A DNA stretch of 64,000 nucleotides from an uncultured delta proteobacterium (GTDB taxonomy: Bacteria; Myxococcota_A; Polyangia; Polyangiales; Polyangiaceae): NCBI GenBank assembly GCA_963716725.1, contig CAVQUB010000033.1, forward strand, positions 32,001-96,000, in the 5' to 3' direction. The position numbers and the translations under genes were made by a program. Shown one piece after another: positions 9,230-19,630 of the stretch (positions are counted from its first letter, which is position 1; every line of letters starts with the position of its first letter). The notes beneath the pieces are model-generated. The model did not search any database. It was not told where the DNA came from and worked only from the letters and a program-made list of their open reading frames with translations.

Positions 9230-10264
9230 TCAGTTCCTCGCGAGCTTCACGCGCCAGTCTACAGGCAGATCCAAGAAGCCCTCGAGGCACAAGAAGTCGT
9301 AGATGCCATCGCAGATGACCTCGGCGGTATCGCTGAACAGGTGCGGATCGGTGAAGAAGCGCACGGTCTCTTCGAGGAACGCCTCTTCGCTGTTCGACAG
9401 GCGCGCGAGCAACTCATCGCCGCAGTAGTTGACCATCTGCTCCATGAAGATCCGCTCCCAATGGGCGCGAAACTCGGGAAATTGGCTGCTCAGGACCTTG
9501 TAGTTGACGGCCCCGGCGCCGCGGCCCGTTTCGGCGGAGCGCAGGGTCGCGCGGCACATGGCCTCGAGGCGTGGGGGCAGGTGCTTCTGCAAGAACTCGA
9601 GCAGCACGCTGCTGTGGATGTGCATGACCCGGTTGAGCTCGGGGGACCGTCGCGACAGGAAGCCGACCTGCAGATCGCGCTCCATCTTGGTGAGCAGCTC
9701 GAGCGTGAGCTGCTTGACGTCGTTGCTGGCGTACTCGAATCCGTCGAGCTCGGCGCGCAGGCGGTTCTTGTACCGACTCAGCACGTAATACACGCCTTGT
9801 TCGGGGTGGCGGATGATGCGGTCCTTGTCGCCGCGGGTCTTCTCGTGCAGCTCGCTCTCGAAGAACAGCTTGGCGATCCGCCGTCCGATGGTCTTCAGGT
9901 TCTGCGTCGCGAAATTGCCCTCGACGGCGAACAGTCTCGCCAAGAGCCGCGACATGGTCTTGGTCTGTTGATCCTCGAGCAGGTCGGGTGAGGAATCAGG
10001 ACTCGCGCTGGAGCCCAGCGCGGCTTGCATGCCCTTGATCTGGGCGACGACCTGGGCCGTGATGGCGTCGAGCTCCGGGCTGGTCTCGAGCTCGCCTTTG
10101 TAGTGGACGATGCGCGCTTGGACCTGCTCGTTGAGCAAACCCAGCGCCTGGAAGGTCAGCTTCTGCTTGTCGGTCTCCGACATGGTCGGCTGATCGCGCC
10201 GTGGTGGCGGTGGGCGCTGGGGGGGCTTCGGCGGAGGCTTTCGGGGCGGCGCGTCGTCGGTCAC
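9230..10264 (-). CDS. Hypothetical helical cytoplasmic protein
   Basis: Long ORF with strong GC3 bias; start GTG 10264 or ATG ~10183 avoids overlap with the 10355 gene. Confidence 0.7.
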   Translation of the reverse strand: MTDDAPPRKPPPKPPQRPPPPRRDQPTMSETDKQKLTFQALGLLNEQVQARIVHYKGELETSPELDAITAQVVAQIKGMQAALGSSASPDSSPDLLEDQQTKTMSRLLARLFAVEGNFATQNLKTIGRRIAKLFFESELHEKTRGDKDRIIRHPEQGVYYVLSRYKNRLRAELDGFEYASNDVKQLTLELLTKMERDLQVGFLSRRSPELNRVMHIHSSVLLEFLQKHLPPRLEAMCRATLRSAETGRGAGAVNYKVLSSQFPEFRAHWERIFMEQMVNYCGDELLARLSNSEEAFLEETVRFFTDPHLFSDTAEVICDGIYDFLCLEGFLDLPVDWRVKLARN

Positions 10265-10354
10265 AATCGCGGAGGATAGCCGAGCTCCGCCCGAGAGTCG
10301 CCCTGGTCGTATGCGCGGTCGCCGGCCGCCCGACCTTGAGGTAGCGTCGCGGCC

Positions 10355-12454
10355 ATGCGCCTTGGAATTCGCCCCCTCGTTTTGACCAGTCTGCTCGGCT
10401 TGCTCGCCATCGGCTGCGCTCGCGGCCCCAACGTCTCGACCGATCAGCTCCCGCTCAAGCGCGTGGTCGTGTATCGGAACGGCGTCGGCTACTTCGAGCG
10501 GTCGGGCCACGTGGACGCGGACGCCGTGACCTTCAAGATGCGGCAGCGCATGGTCGGGGATTTCTTGGCCACGCTAGCCATCGTCGAGCGGGGCGGTAGC
10601 TCGGTGCGCTCCGCGTCCTTCCCGCTGGAGATCGAGGACGACGACGACGATACGCAGCTGGATCCGCGGCTGCAAAGCATGCTCAAGCCCTGGCCGGGCC
10701 CGCCGAAGAAGAAGGAAGAGAACCCACTGCGCGAGGTGATTTTGCGCCTCGACGGCAAAGAACACGATCTCTCCATCGGCTACGTCTCCGAGACGCCGGT
10801 GTGGCGGCCGTCGTACCGGCTCGTGGTGCAAGAGAGCGGCAACGCGGATCTGCAGACCTGGGGCATCGTGCAAAACGTGTCCGGAGAGGAGTGGAAGGAC
10901 GTCGACCTGGTGCTGGTGGCCGGTGCGCCGCTCGCCTTCGAGTCGACGCTTGGCGATCCGGTCATCCCCCAGCGGCCCATCGTGACCGACACCGGTGAGG
11001 TGATCGCCGCGGTGCCCACCGGAGTGACCAGCCTCGGGCAGCGCAAGAACGCGGAGCTCGAGCGCTTTGGGGGTGAGAGCGCCGACCAGCCGGCGCCCAG
11101 CGAGCAGATGGGCGAAGGCGGCCTCGGACTTCGGGGTACGGGGCGCGGCGGCGGCGGGAAGGGGGACGCAGCCCCAGAGGACCTCGAGGAAGCCGACGAG
11201 GACCAGGGCAAGGAGGCGGCCGATCGCAGCGGAAAGTACAAGGACAAGAAACCCGCGCCCAAGCGCGCGGCTTCGAAATCCGTCCGCTACCCCGGCGCGC
11301 CTCCCGCCGCCGAGCCGGCCCCGAGCGGCGCAGCGGGGCCCCGTCCGCCGAGCCCCGACCAGCGTCGGCGCATGGCCCTCGAAGAGGCGAAACGCGAAGG
11401 GCTCTCGGCTCCGCGACGCATGAGCGCGCTGGCGGCGGTGGCTGTCGAGGCCGGCGCGACTCGCTACGAGATCCCGACCCCGATCACCGTCCCCAATGAG
11501 AGCGCCACCATGGTGCTGCTCTTGAACAAACGCGTGCCCGGGGAGGCCGTGTTCCTCTTTGCGCCCGATGGCGGCGTGCCCCAGTCGACCACCCACCCGT
11601 TCCGAGTGGCGCGCTTCACCAACGCGACCAATGGCTTGCTCGAGCGCGGCCCCATCGCCGTCTTCGAGAAGGGATCGTTCCTGGGTCAGGGCATGCTCGA
11701 TTCGCTGCCGCCGAAAGCGACCGCGGTCGTGCCCTTCGCGCTCGAGCGAAGCCTCGCGGTGGCCATCGACCGCAAGTACGACGAGCAAGGCGCCCGCGTG
11801 TTCAAGATCGAAGCCGGAGAGCTGTGGATCGAGCGCGACAGTGTGCAGAAGACCCTGTACACGGTCTCGAACGGCGGGGACAAACCCGGCAAGGTGCTGG
11901 TCAAGCATGCCCGCGCGGCGGGCACGCGCTTGTTCAAGCCAGCGCCTGGCACCGAAGACAACGCCGGCCTCGGGCATGCGCTGGTGCCGATGAGCGTCAA
12001 GGCCTACGGCAAGAGCGAGCTCACCGTCGACGAGCGGCGCGCTCACCAACAGATCGCGAGCTGGCTGTCGCCGCTGGCTGACGAGGCAGTGAAGGCGTTC
12101 CTTGCGGACAGCCGCGCCAGCGCGCAGGTGCAAGCTCAACTCAAGAACGCCTGGGCGGTCCGCGAGGTTTGGAAGAAGAGCGTGGACGAACAGCGCAAGC
12201 TGGTCGACGAGCAGGCAGAGCTCGAGAAGGCCGCAAACGAGACGCGCCTTTCGCTGCGGGCCATCGAGAAGAACACCCAAGCCGCGGATCTGCGCGTCAA
12301 GCTCACCAAACGGCTCGACGAGGTCACCCGGCGCATGGAGCAGATCACCAAGCGGCTGATCGAGGTGAAGATGGCGATGAACGAACAGGAAGTGCGCTTC
12401 CGGGACGCCGTCCGCGAGATCAAGCTCCTGGCGCCCCCGCCGCCCAAAGACTGA
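10355..12454 (+). CDS. DUF4139-family lipoprotein with C-terminal coiled coil
   Basis: LPLKRVVVYRNGVGYFER, WRPSYRL and VQNVSGEEW..VDLVLVAG motifs. Confidence 0.8.
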   Translation: MRLGIRPLVLTSLLGLLAIGCARGPNVSTDQLPLKRVVVYRNGVGYFERSGHVDADAVTFKMRQRMVGDFLATLAIVERGGSSVRSASFPLEIEDDDDDTQLDPRLQSMLKPWPGPPKKKEENPLREVILRLDGKEHDLSIGYVSETPVWRPSYRLVVQESGNADLQTWGIVQNVSGEEWKDVDLVLVAGAPLAFESTLGDPVIPQRPIVTDTGEVIAAVPTGVTSLGQRKNAELERFGGESADQPAPSEQMGEGGLGLRGTGRGGGGKGDAAPEDLEEADEDQGKEAADRSGKYKDKKPAPKRAASKSVRYPGAPPAAEPAPSGAAGPRPPSPDQRRRMALEEAKREGLSAPRRMSALAAVAVEAGATRYEIPTPITVPNESATMVLLLNKRVPGEAVFLFAPDGGVPQSTTHPFRVARFTNATNGLLERGPIAVFEKGSFLGQGMLDSLPPKATAVVPFALERSLAVAIDRKYDEQGARVFKIEAGELWIERDSVQKTLYTVSNGGDKPGKVLVKHARAAGTRLFKPAPGTEDNAGLGHALVPMSVKAYGKSELTVDERRAHQQIASWLSPLADEAVKAFLADSRASAQVQAQLKNAWAVREVWKKSVDEQRKLVDEQAELEKAANETRLSLRAIEKNTQAADLRVKLTKRLDEVTRRMEQITKRLIEVKMAMNEQEVRFRDAVREIKLLAPPPPKD

Positions 12455-12500
12455 CGGACCGGGTTGACAAAGCTGACCTTAGGTAGCATTTGAAGCCCGC

Positions 12501-12752
12501 ATGATGGCGCCGGAAGCGGTTCAAGCCCTGCTCACGCAGGCCTTCCCCGACGGGGACATCCACGTCGAGGACACGACGGGGACCCTCGATCATTTTGAAG
12601 CTCGCATCGTCTCCGAGGCGTTTGCGGGCAAGAGCCGCATCGAGCAGCATCAGCTGGTGTACGCCGCCCTGGGCGAAGCGATGCACGGCCCCATTCACGC
12701 GCTCGCACTCAAGACCTACACCCCAGAGGCGTGGGCCAAGATCAAAGGTTAG
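12501..12752 (+). CDS. bolA: BolA/IbaG family protein
   Basis: DHFEARIVSEAFAGKSRIEQHQLVY and IHALALKT. Confidence 0.92.
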   Translation: MMAPEAVQALLTQAFPDGDIHVEDTTGTLDHFEARIVSEAFAGKSRIEQHQLVYAALGEAMHGPIHALALKTYTPEAWAKIKG

Positions 12753-12755
12753 GCC

Positions 12756-13070
12756 ATGGACGACACACTCCGTCAGAAGATTCAGGAAACCATCGGTGAG
12801 AGCGGCGTCGTGCTGTTCATGAAGGGCAGCAAGATCTTCCCCCAGTGCGGCTTCTCGGCCCGCGTGGTGCAAGTCCTCAAGGAGGTCGGCACCGACTTCC
12901 GCGACGTGAACATCTTGAACGACCCCGATCTGCGTGAGGGGCTGAAGGCCTACTCGAATTGGCCGACCTTTCCCCAGCTGTACGTGAACGGGAAGCTCAT
13001 CGGTGGCTGCGACATCGTGAACGAGATGTTCGAGAACGGCGAGCTCGCCGGGCTGGTCAAGAAGTCCTGA
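12756..13070 (+). CDS. grxD: Monothiol glutaredoxin Grx4
   Basis: FMKG..PQCGFS, WPTFPQLY, GGCDI. Confidence 0.95.
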   Translation: MDDTLRQKIQETIGESGVVLFMKGSKIFPQCGFSARVVQVLKEVGTDFRDVNILNDPDLREGLKAYSNWPTFPQLYVNGKLIGGCDIVNEMFENGELAGLVKKS

Positions 13071-13129
13071 GCGGGGCCGATCGCCGTCCTGGCTTCGGGC
13101 AAGGTCGTGCGCCTCTGGCAGAGCCGCGG

Positions 13130-13282
13130 CGGGGCGAACTACGACTGGCCCGACGCGTTCGGCGCCGGGCTGAGGATCTCGGCGTCACGGGCAACGCCCT
13201 GACGAAGGAAGGCATCGCGGCGCTGAAGAGCAGCCCGCACTTCTCCAAGACGACGATCGCCGTCGACGCCCCGAACCCCTAG
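13130..13282 (+). pseudogene. Possible remnant of an LRR-protein C-terminus
   Basis: EDLGVTGNALTKEGIAALKSSPHF resembles an LRR unit; no plausible start. Confidence 0.3.
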
Positions 13283-13405
13283 CGTGGCTCCCGGGAGGCG
13301 CTGCGTCCGCCGGACTACGCGCTCGTCCGCGTCGTTCCGCCCTCGTGCTGGGCGCTGCCGAATCCGATCTGGAGATGTCCTGAGGTGACGCATCCGAGTG
13401 AGCGC

Positions 13406-14560
13406 TCACTCGGTGCAGCACACCGTCGTTGGCCCCGTCGGTGTCACCGTCCCGTTTGGCGCGCCGCCGCTCTGTTGGCACGTCGCCCCAACCAGGCTGG
13501 CGTTCGCGACGAAGTACCCCGAGCCCGGCGGCTTGGGGACGCAGCCGGGCACCGCTCCCGATCCCAAGTTGTTGCCCGTGCAGCCTACACCCGACCGCAG
13601 CGCGAGCGTGCCCTGGCAGCTGCCGCCGCTGGGGGTTCCGCAAGAGCAGGCGCTGCACCCCCGCGTGTCATCGGCGCCACCGTAGACCACCCTGCGCTTG
13701 GCGTAGGGCCCGGCTGGACATGGCAAATCGCCCGCCTGCCGCACGCACGCCCCGGAAGCGAACGGCGCGCCCGGCTGCGGGACACAGACGTTACCGCCCG
13801 CGCAGCCGCCGGGTGCCAGTGAGAGCGAGCCGCAGCCGAGCACCGCCAATTTCCAACTCGGGGAAGGTGGAGCCACGGTGTTCTCGACCGCCGCGCACGA
13901 AGCGCTGCTGGTGGCGGTCACGCTGGCTTTCCACGCTACGATCGGCGCGGTGTTGGCCGTGGAGCAGGTGCCGGAGATGTAGGGGTAGCAGGTCCCGAAC
14001 TCGAGGGAATTCGAGCCGCCGGCGCAAGATGGAGCGGGGCAGCTGGCTTGCGCGTAGTTCTGCAGGCTGTAGGAGCCCTTGCACGAGGTGCCCTTGAGCT
14101 CACAGGTGCACGAGCACTGCGCAGGATCGGGCGTCGCGAGGTCCGCGTTTGCTGCCAGCGCGCTCACGGCCATGGACGGCGGACAACCCGGCGCGGGGGC
14201 TTGACCCGAGTACAAGACGATCGGACCCGTCCATCCGGCCGGCGCGGGTGCCGCGCATACCCCTCCACCCTCGCAGCTCGCGGGCGCTCCGCCCGTACCG
14301 CCTGAGTTGCCCCCGCCGCCCGTCGCGCTACCAGCGGCACCGCCGGAGGCCGTTCCAGCGCTCCCACCCGTTCCGGCGCCGCCCACTGCGCCGGTTGCGC
14401 CGGTTGCGCCAGTTGCGCCAGTCCCGCTCGCCGCGGTTCCTCCTGCTCCTCCCGTCGCCGTACCGCCCCCACTGCCACCCGAGCCTCCTCCTGAGCACGC
14501 GGAGAAGAGACCGGTTGCGAAACACGACAGCAGGAACGCGAGGGACGGTCGAGCTAGCAT
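13406..14560 (-). CDS. Cys-rich secreted lipoprotein
   Basis: Lipobox FSAC, Gly-rich linker, many Cys (CSCTC, CSACSC). Confidence 0.75.
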   Translation of the reverse strand: MLARPSLAFLLSCFATGLFSACSGGGSGGSGGGTATGGAGGTAASGTGATGATGATGAVGGAGTGGSAGTASGGAAGSATGGGGNSGGTGGAPASCEGGGVCAAPAPAGWTGPIVLYSGQAPAPGCPPSMAVSALAANADLATPDPAQCSCTCELKGTSCKGSYSLQNYAQASCPAPSCAGGSNSLEFGTCYPYISGTCSTANTAPIVAWKASVTATSSASCAAVENTVAPPSPSWKLAVLGCGSLSLAPGGCAGGNVCVPQPGAPFASGACVRQAGDLPCPAGPYAKRRVVYGGADDTRGCSACSCGTPSGGSCQGTLALRSGVGCTGNNLGSGAVPGCVPKPPGSGYFVANASLVGATCQQSGGAPNGTVTPTGPTTVCCTE

Positions 14561-14758
14561 GAAACCACCTTTCGGAGACCATCATCTCACGCTGGGCGCG
14601 AGGAGGCTACGGCAAGCCCGGCGCGCAGGGCGAGCGCGGATGGTTGCACGGTCGTGATCGACTGCGCCGGAGAGATCCAGCACTACAGGTGAGTTGCAGG
14701 GCTGCGACGGAGTTCCGCGGAGTGGGGTGGGGCGCGGTCAGCCCCGCGACGGGAAGCA

Positions 14759-15586
14759 TCACGCTCCCATCGCGCCCTGGAGGCGCTGGTTTGGCGTCGC
14801 CGCGAGTGGAGGGGTCGCGCTCCGGCCGCCGGCGCGAATCATGCGCTTCCACGCGCGTCGGTCGCTTTGGCCGAGGTAACGCAGCCGGTCCCGCGCCAAG
14901 GCGGCGGCGGCGCGACTCGAGCTGCGGAGCGCGCACACCGCCAGGACCAGCGGTGGGAGCCGGGGCCCGATGGATCGGATGACGGCTTCGCGGTGGTCGG
15001 GATCTTCGCTGCCGAGCAGGACCCACGCTGCGGCCGCGCGAACCTCGGGCGTGCGTGCCGCGTTTCGAAATGACCCGAGCGCCAGCGCCCAGTCTCGGGC
15101 CTGCCTGCGGTACGCGTCCCCAAGCGAGGGGTCCGGGCCTGCGTCGACGCGTTCCAGCCAGTCTTCCAAGCGTGCGTCGCCGCGCTCGAACCCCGTCGGA
15201 CTGCCATCCGCCGAAGCGACTGCCGCCTCGATGGCCTCGAAAGTCTGTATGGCGCGGGCCGTCACGATGCCGTAACTGCGGCATAGCACGCTGCCGCGGG
15301 CATCGCGGGCGACCAGCTCCCGGCCTTCGAACTCGAGCCGGTCGATGCGACCGTAGGGCACGTAACGATGCACGAGTCCGAGCGTGTCGTCGGTCATCAG
15401 GCCCCCTTCGTCGAGGGTGAGGTTTTGGCGACGCAACATCCGGGCGAACACGAAAACGATCACACCTGGGCACGCCAGCAATGCGAAGAAAGGGTGCAGA
15501 GAGAACAGCACCACGCAAGTTCCCAGGGTGACCGCGACGTACCGCAGAATGACGCTAAATCGACCATCGCGCTTTTGGTCTTCCAT
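14759..15586 (-). CDS. Hypothetical membrane protein (two TM helices plus PH-like region)
   Basis: GGAGG RBS upstream; two N-terminal hydrophobic segments. Confidence 0.6.
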   Translation of the reverse strand: MEDQKRDGRFSVILRYVAVTLGTCVVLFSLHPFFALLACPGVIVFVFARMLRRQNLTLDEGGLMTDDTLGLVHRYVPYGRIDRLEFEGRELVARDARGSVLCRSYGIVTARAIQTFEAIEAAVASADGSPTGFERGDARLEDWLERVDAGPDPSLGDAYRRQARDWALALGSFRNAARTPEVRAAAAWVLLGSEDPDHREAVIRSIGPRLPPLVLAVCALRSSSRAAAALARDRLRYLGQSDRRAWKRMIRAGGRSATPPLAATPNQRLQGAMGA

Positions 15587-15698
15587 ACGATCCTCCGGGG
15601 CGGTGCGCAGAGCAGCGGCCCAGACGCTCCATCGGCGCGTGCCTCGGCCCAGTTGCGGCCAAAGTTTGGGTGGCCTGGTGGCCTGGCTCGATCTCGAT

Positions 15699-18056
15699 CT
15701 ACCGCTCGACGCCGACTTCGCTCACCCGAGCCAGTTCGAAGCTCGCCCGGGCGGCGCGATTGGCGTCGGCGAAGGCGAAGGTGAGGGTGGCCGGACCCTC
15801 GGCCTTGCCCGTGATCATGCCGTCGAACTGGCCGACGATGGCGCGCACCTTGTTCCGATCCAGGGACTGGGACTTCTCGGAGATCCGGCCAAACGCCCCG
15901 GAGGCCTGCAGGTCACCTCCGCCGTCCGGGAAGAGCACGGACTGGCGCACCTGGGCCGGATCGGCAAAGGCGCCGATCCAGTAGACCAACGACGCCGCGG
16001 CCCCGCCGGGGCTCGGGCCGAGGAACCACGCGCCCATGTGGTGCGTCGTGCCCAGCGCGCAGCGGGCGTAGAGCGCTCCGTGGGTCGCGCCGAGCTTCTC
16101 GGCCAGGGCGTTGGCGACCTTCAGGTAGGCGCGGCGTTCTCCCGAGTAGAAATAGGGCGTGACGTACTTGCCGGCGAAGGTCATTCGCACGCCGTGAGGC
16201 GAGCTGTCGAGGGGGACGAGCTCGGGGGCGACGCTCACCTCGGTGCCAAGGCCTTCGTGTCCGGAGATTTCGGCGGCCTCTTTCCAGACGAAGCGCGTGC
16301 CGCTGACGAAACTGGAGAGCCCCGGATCCTTGGCGGGATTGGGGGCCACGCGGCCAAGGGCGATCTCGACGACCCAGCCCTCGACCTCGGTCGGGCCGAT
16401 GGCAGCGCCGCGCATGATGCGCGAGCGCGTGGCTTCACACACCCGTTGCGCGCGTGCGACGCGCTCACGTTCGTAGTCGTCCGCGCTGATGGCCGGGGCC
16501 GTGGTGCTCGGCGTGGTCCAGGGCCATTTGGCGCCGGGCGCCAGGTATTTGTAGGCGGCGCCGACGCCGGCCGCGGCCACGGCCAAGACGGCGAGCGGCG
16601 CGAGCCAAGACGGAAGCCATCGCCCTCGGGACCTGCCGCTGTCTCCGACCGCTTCACGGCGGGCCTGTACCAAGCGCCGCGCAAGATCCGAGGCGCGCCG
16701 CTGCTTCAGCTCGGGCGCCAGAGTGCCCCAGCCTTCGGTGGCCGCGCCCAGCGCGCACGACGCCTCGGGCCCGGAGCCCACCAGGCGGATCCGGTCGGCT
16801 TCGACCAGCGCCCGGCCCGCCATGCCGAAGCGAGCCACGGCCTCGCTCACCAGCGCTTCCAGATCGGCCTGCGCGTAGGGGTCCTCGGCCGCGACGGGCG
16901 TCGGCACGCTCACTCGGGCGCCATGTTCGAGATCGACGAACAGATCGAGGTTCGCGGCGCTCGGGCTCGCCTCGCGTCCACGTTCCGTGGGTGCCGAGGG
17001 CGAGGCGGGAAGTATCAGATCAGGGACCTCGAATGCCCCGTCGGTATCGACCTCGGGCATCGAGGGCCGCTGGTCGCCGGCGCGCACCCGGCGCAAGAGC
17101 TCGCGTTTCTGCGCGGCGCGGTCACGGAAGAGGCCTTGCATCAACTCAGCGAGCGCTTGCGTGGCGTCGGCGGCACCCAGCGTGTCGTGGGTGACAGCGA
17201 GCAGATCGCTCCGCATTTCTGCTGCCGTCGAGTAGCGGGCCGCGGGGTCGCGCTCCAGGGCCCGGGCCACCACCCGTTCGAGAGACGGCGGGCAGTCTCG
17301 GGCGACTTTGCTTGGCCGGGGGATCGGGTCTTTGGTGATGGCCTCGAAGGTCGCGAGCATGCTGTCCCGCTTGAACAGCCGCCGGCGCGCGGTCAGCTCG
17401 TAGAGCACGACGCCAAGGGCGAACACGTCGCTGCGGCGATCGAGCGGGAGGCCGCGCACCTGCTCCGGCGACATGTACTCGGTCTTGCCCTTGAGCTCGC
17501 CGGTGTTGGTCTCCGGCGAGACCCTCACCACCGCTTTGGCGATGCCAAAGTCGAGGAGCTTGACCTCGCCCGAGTAGGTGACCAGCACGTTCTGCGGCGA
17601 GACGTCGCGATGGACCAACTCGAGTGGCTGGCCGTCCTCCCCGCGGAGTTCGTGGGCGGCATGCAGTCCCGCGCAGGCCTCGGCGACGATGTATGCGGTG
17701 AGTCCGTAGGGGAGGCTCTGCTCCTCGGTCAGGCTGCGCTTGATCAGGCTCGCGAGGTTCTCGCCTTCGAGGTACTCCATCACCAAGTACAGGTGCTCGC
17801 CGCTGTGACCGAGGTCGGTCACCTGCACCACGTTCTTGTGCTGAATGCTCGCAGCGATGCGAGCTTCGTCGAGGAACATGTCGACGAAACGCGGCTGCTC
17901 GGCCAGGTGGGGCAAGATGCGCTTGATCACCACCGGCCGCTCGAACCCGCTCGGTCCGTTGATGCGGCCCAAGAGGATTTCCGCCATGCCGCCCTTGGCG
18001 AGCTGCCCGACGATCTCGTATCTGCCGATCTCTGAAAGGCTGCTGGTGGACCCCAT
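15699..18056 (-). CDS. Transmembrane eukaryotic-like Ser/Thr protein kinase
   Basis: GGMAEI, VVIKRI, HRDVSPQN, DFGIAK, YMSPEQ; TM helix followed by an extracytoplasmic domain. Confidence 0.92.
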   Translation of the reverse strand: MGSTSSLSEIGRYEIVGQLAKGGMAEILLGRINGPSGFERPVVIKRILPHLAEQPRFVDMFLDEARIAASIQHKNVVQVTDLGHSGEHLYLVMEYLEGENLASLIKRSLTEEQSLPYGLTAYIVAEACAGLHAAHELRGEDGQPLELVHRDVSPQNVLVTYSGEVKLLDFGIAKAVVRVSPETNTGELKGKTEYMSPEQVRGLPLDRRSDVFALGVVLYELTARRRLFKRDSMLATFEAITKDPIPRPSKVARDCPPSLERVVARALERDPAARYSTAAEMRSDLLAVTHDTLGAADATQALAELMQGLFRDRAAQKRELLRRVRAGDQRPSMPEVDTDGAFEVPDLILPASPSAPTERGREASPSAANLDLFVDLEHGARVSVPTPVAAEDPYAQADLEALVSEAVARFGMAGRALVEADRIRLVGSGPEASCALGAATEGWGTLAPELKQRRASDLARRLVQARREAVGDSGRSRGRWLPSWLAPLAVLAVAAAGVGAAYKYLAPGAKWPWTTPSTTAPAISADDYERERVARAQRVCEATRSRIMRGAAIGPTEVEGWVVEIALGRVAPNPAKDPGLSSFVSGTRFVWKEAAEISGHEGLGTEVSVAPELVPLDSSPHGVRMTFAGKYVTPYFYSGERRAYLKVANALAEKLGATHGALYARCALGTTHHMGAWFLGPSPGGAAASLVYWIGAFADPAQVRQSVLFPDGGGDLQASGAFGRISEKSQSLDRNKVRAIVGQFDGMITGKAEGPATLTFAFADANRAARASFELARVSEVGVER

Positions 18057-18122
18057 CCGTCGTCCGCCGGTTCAGGGTAGTCGACAGCGGCCCCGAGTTG
18101 TGCACTTTTTCATGGCGCCGCC

Positions 18123-18902
18123 ATGACCCATCGCCCCTTGATCCTGCTCTCCAACGACGACGGATATCGATCGCGCGGGCTCTCGACGCTGCGCGAAGCG
18201 CTGACGCGAGTCGCCGACGTCGTCGTGTGTGCGCCCGAGACCGAACAGAGCGCCGCGAGCCACGCGCTCAGCCTGCACCGACCGCTGCGGCTGTACCGGC
18301 ACGAGCCCGGGGTCTTTTCGGTCGATGGCACGCCAGCCGACTGCGTCTACGTCGCCCTGGCCGCGGGCGACCGAGTGCTCTCCAGAAGACCCGACGCCGT
18401 GGTCAGTGGCCTGAACCACGGCCTCAACCTCGGCGACGACGTCTTCTACAGCGGGACAGTGGCGGCGGCGCGGGAGGGCGCCCTCAAGGGGCTGCCGACG
18501 CTGGCGGTCTCGGCCGGCGCAGGTGCAGACTTTGCGGCTGCAGCGGAGACGTCGGCCCGCTTGGCGCTGGCGCTGATCGCAGAGCACAGTGGCCGCGGCG
18601 TGCTCTTGAACGTGAACTTCCCGGCGGGAGCCGGCTGGCCCGTGCGCGCGACCCGCCTCGGACGGCGCGAGTACGAGGAGAGCATCGAGTTCCGGCGGGA
18701 CCCGCGCGGGCGAGAGTACCTCTGGATCGGCGGCCCGCTGCGCGAACATCGCCATGTGCCAGGTTCCGACACCGAGGCCTTCGACCAAGGCGTGGTCGGC
18801 GTCACACCCCTGGTGCTCGACCTCTGGGGTCGTCACAAGCAAGAGCAGGCCGAACGTGTCGTGGCGCGCTGCGATGAGAGCTTGGGGGACGGGGAGAAAT
18901 GA
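18123..18902 (+). CDS. surE: 5'/3'-nucleotidase SurE
   Basis: ILLSNDDG, GTPADCV, SGLNHGLNLG..YSGTVAAA. Confidence 0.95.
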   Translation: MTHRPLILLSNDDGYRSRGLSTLREALTRVADVVVCAPETEQSAASHALSLHRPLRLYRHEPGVFSVDGTPADCVYVALAAGDRVLSRRPDAVVSGLNHGLNLGDDVFYSGTVAAAREGALKGLPTLAVSAGAGADFAAAAETSARLALALIAEHSGRGVLLNVNFPAGAGWPVRATRLGRREYEESIEFRRDPRGREYLWIGGPLREHRHVPGSDTEAFDQGVVGVTPLVLDLWGRHKQEQAERVVARCDESLGDGEK

Positions 18903-18919
18903 ACTATTGAAGGCGACTC

Positions 18920-19588
18920 ATGGCCGCCCGAAAGCGTTCTGCCCCGAGCCCCAAGACCCGACCGCAATCCCGGGAGAAGCTCACGCCCCGCGGCGGGCGC
19001 AAGAAGGCGGCGGTGCGCAAGGCCCCGAAGCACGCCTTGCCGCACATCGCCTCGGAGTTGGTCGACGGGTTCAGCTACGTGCGCAACCTGATCCGCGAGA
19101 TCCCCAACTTTCCCCAGCCGGGGGTTTTGTTCAAGGACATCACGCCGCTGCTCGCCAACCCCAAGGCGTTTCACATCGTGCTCGACGCCATCGCCGAGCG
19201 CTTCATGGGCGAGCACATCGACGCGGTGGTGGGCATCGAGTCCCGCGGCTTCATCTTCGGTGGAGCGCTGGCGGCGCGGCTCAACGCCAGCTTCGTGCCC
19301 GTGCGCAAGCCCGGCAAGTTGCCCTACCGCACCGACAAGGTCAGCTACTCACTCGAGTACGGTGAGAGCGAACTCGAGATGCACCGCGACTCGCTCTCGG
19401 AAGGCAGCCGCGTGCTGGTGGTCGACGACCTCTTGGCCACCGGGGGCACCGCAGCCGCGGCGGGCGAGCTGGTACACCGCCAAGGCGCCTACGTGGCGGC
19501 CTATGCCTTCGTGGTCGAGCTCTTGTCCTTGGACGGCCGCGATCGGCTGATGCCCACGCCGGTCATCTCGTTCTTGCAGTACGACTGA
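18920..19588 (+). CDS. apt: Adenine phosphoribosyltransferase with basic N-terminal extension
   Basis: FKDITPLL, ESRGF, RKPGKLP, VDDLLATGGT. Confidence 0.95.
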   Translation: MAARKRSAPSPKTRPQSREKLTPRGGRKKAAVRKAPKHALPHIASELVDGFSYVRNLIREIPNFPQPGVLFKDITPLLANPKAFHIVLDAIAERFMGEHIDAVVGIESRGFIFGGALAARLNASFVPVRKPGKLPYRTDKVSYSLEYGESELEMHRDSLSEGSRVLVVDDLLATGGTAAAAGELVHRQGAYVAAYAFVVELLSLDGRDRLMPTPVISFLQYD

Positions 19589-19630
19589 GCGTGCCTTTCG
19601 GATCCTGGCAGATCCCGCTATGATCGCCCG

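Noticed and set aside
12464..12489. TTGACA...TAGCAT upstream of bolA as a sigma70 promoter
   Set aside because: Spacer is only 14 nt, so it cannot be supported as a canonical promoter
14561..14758. Intergenic region as a possible ncRNA or riboswitch
   Set aside because: Only short GC-rich stems; no recognisable family motif
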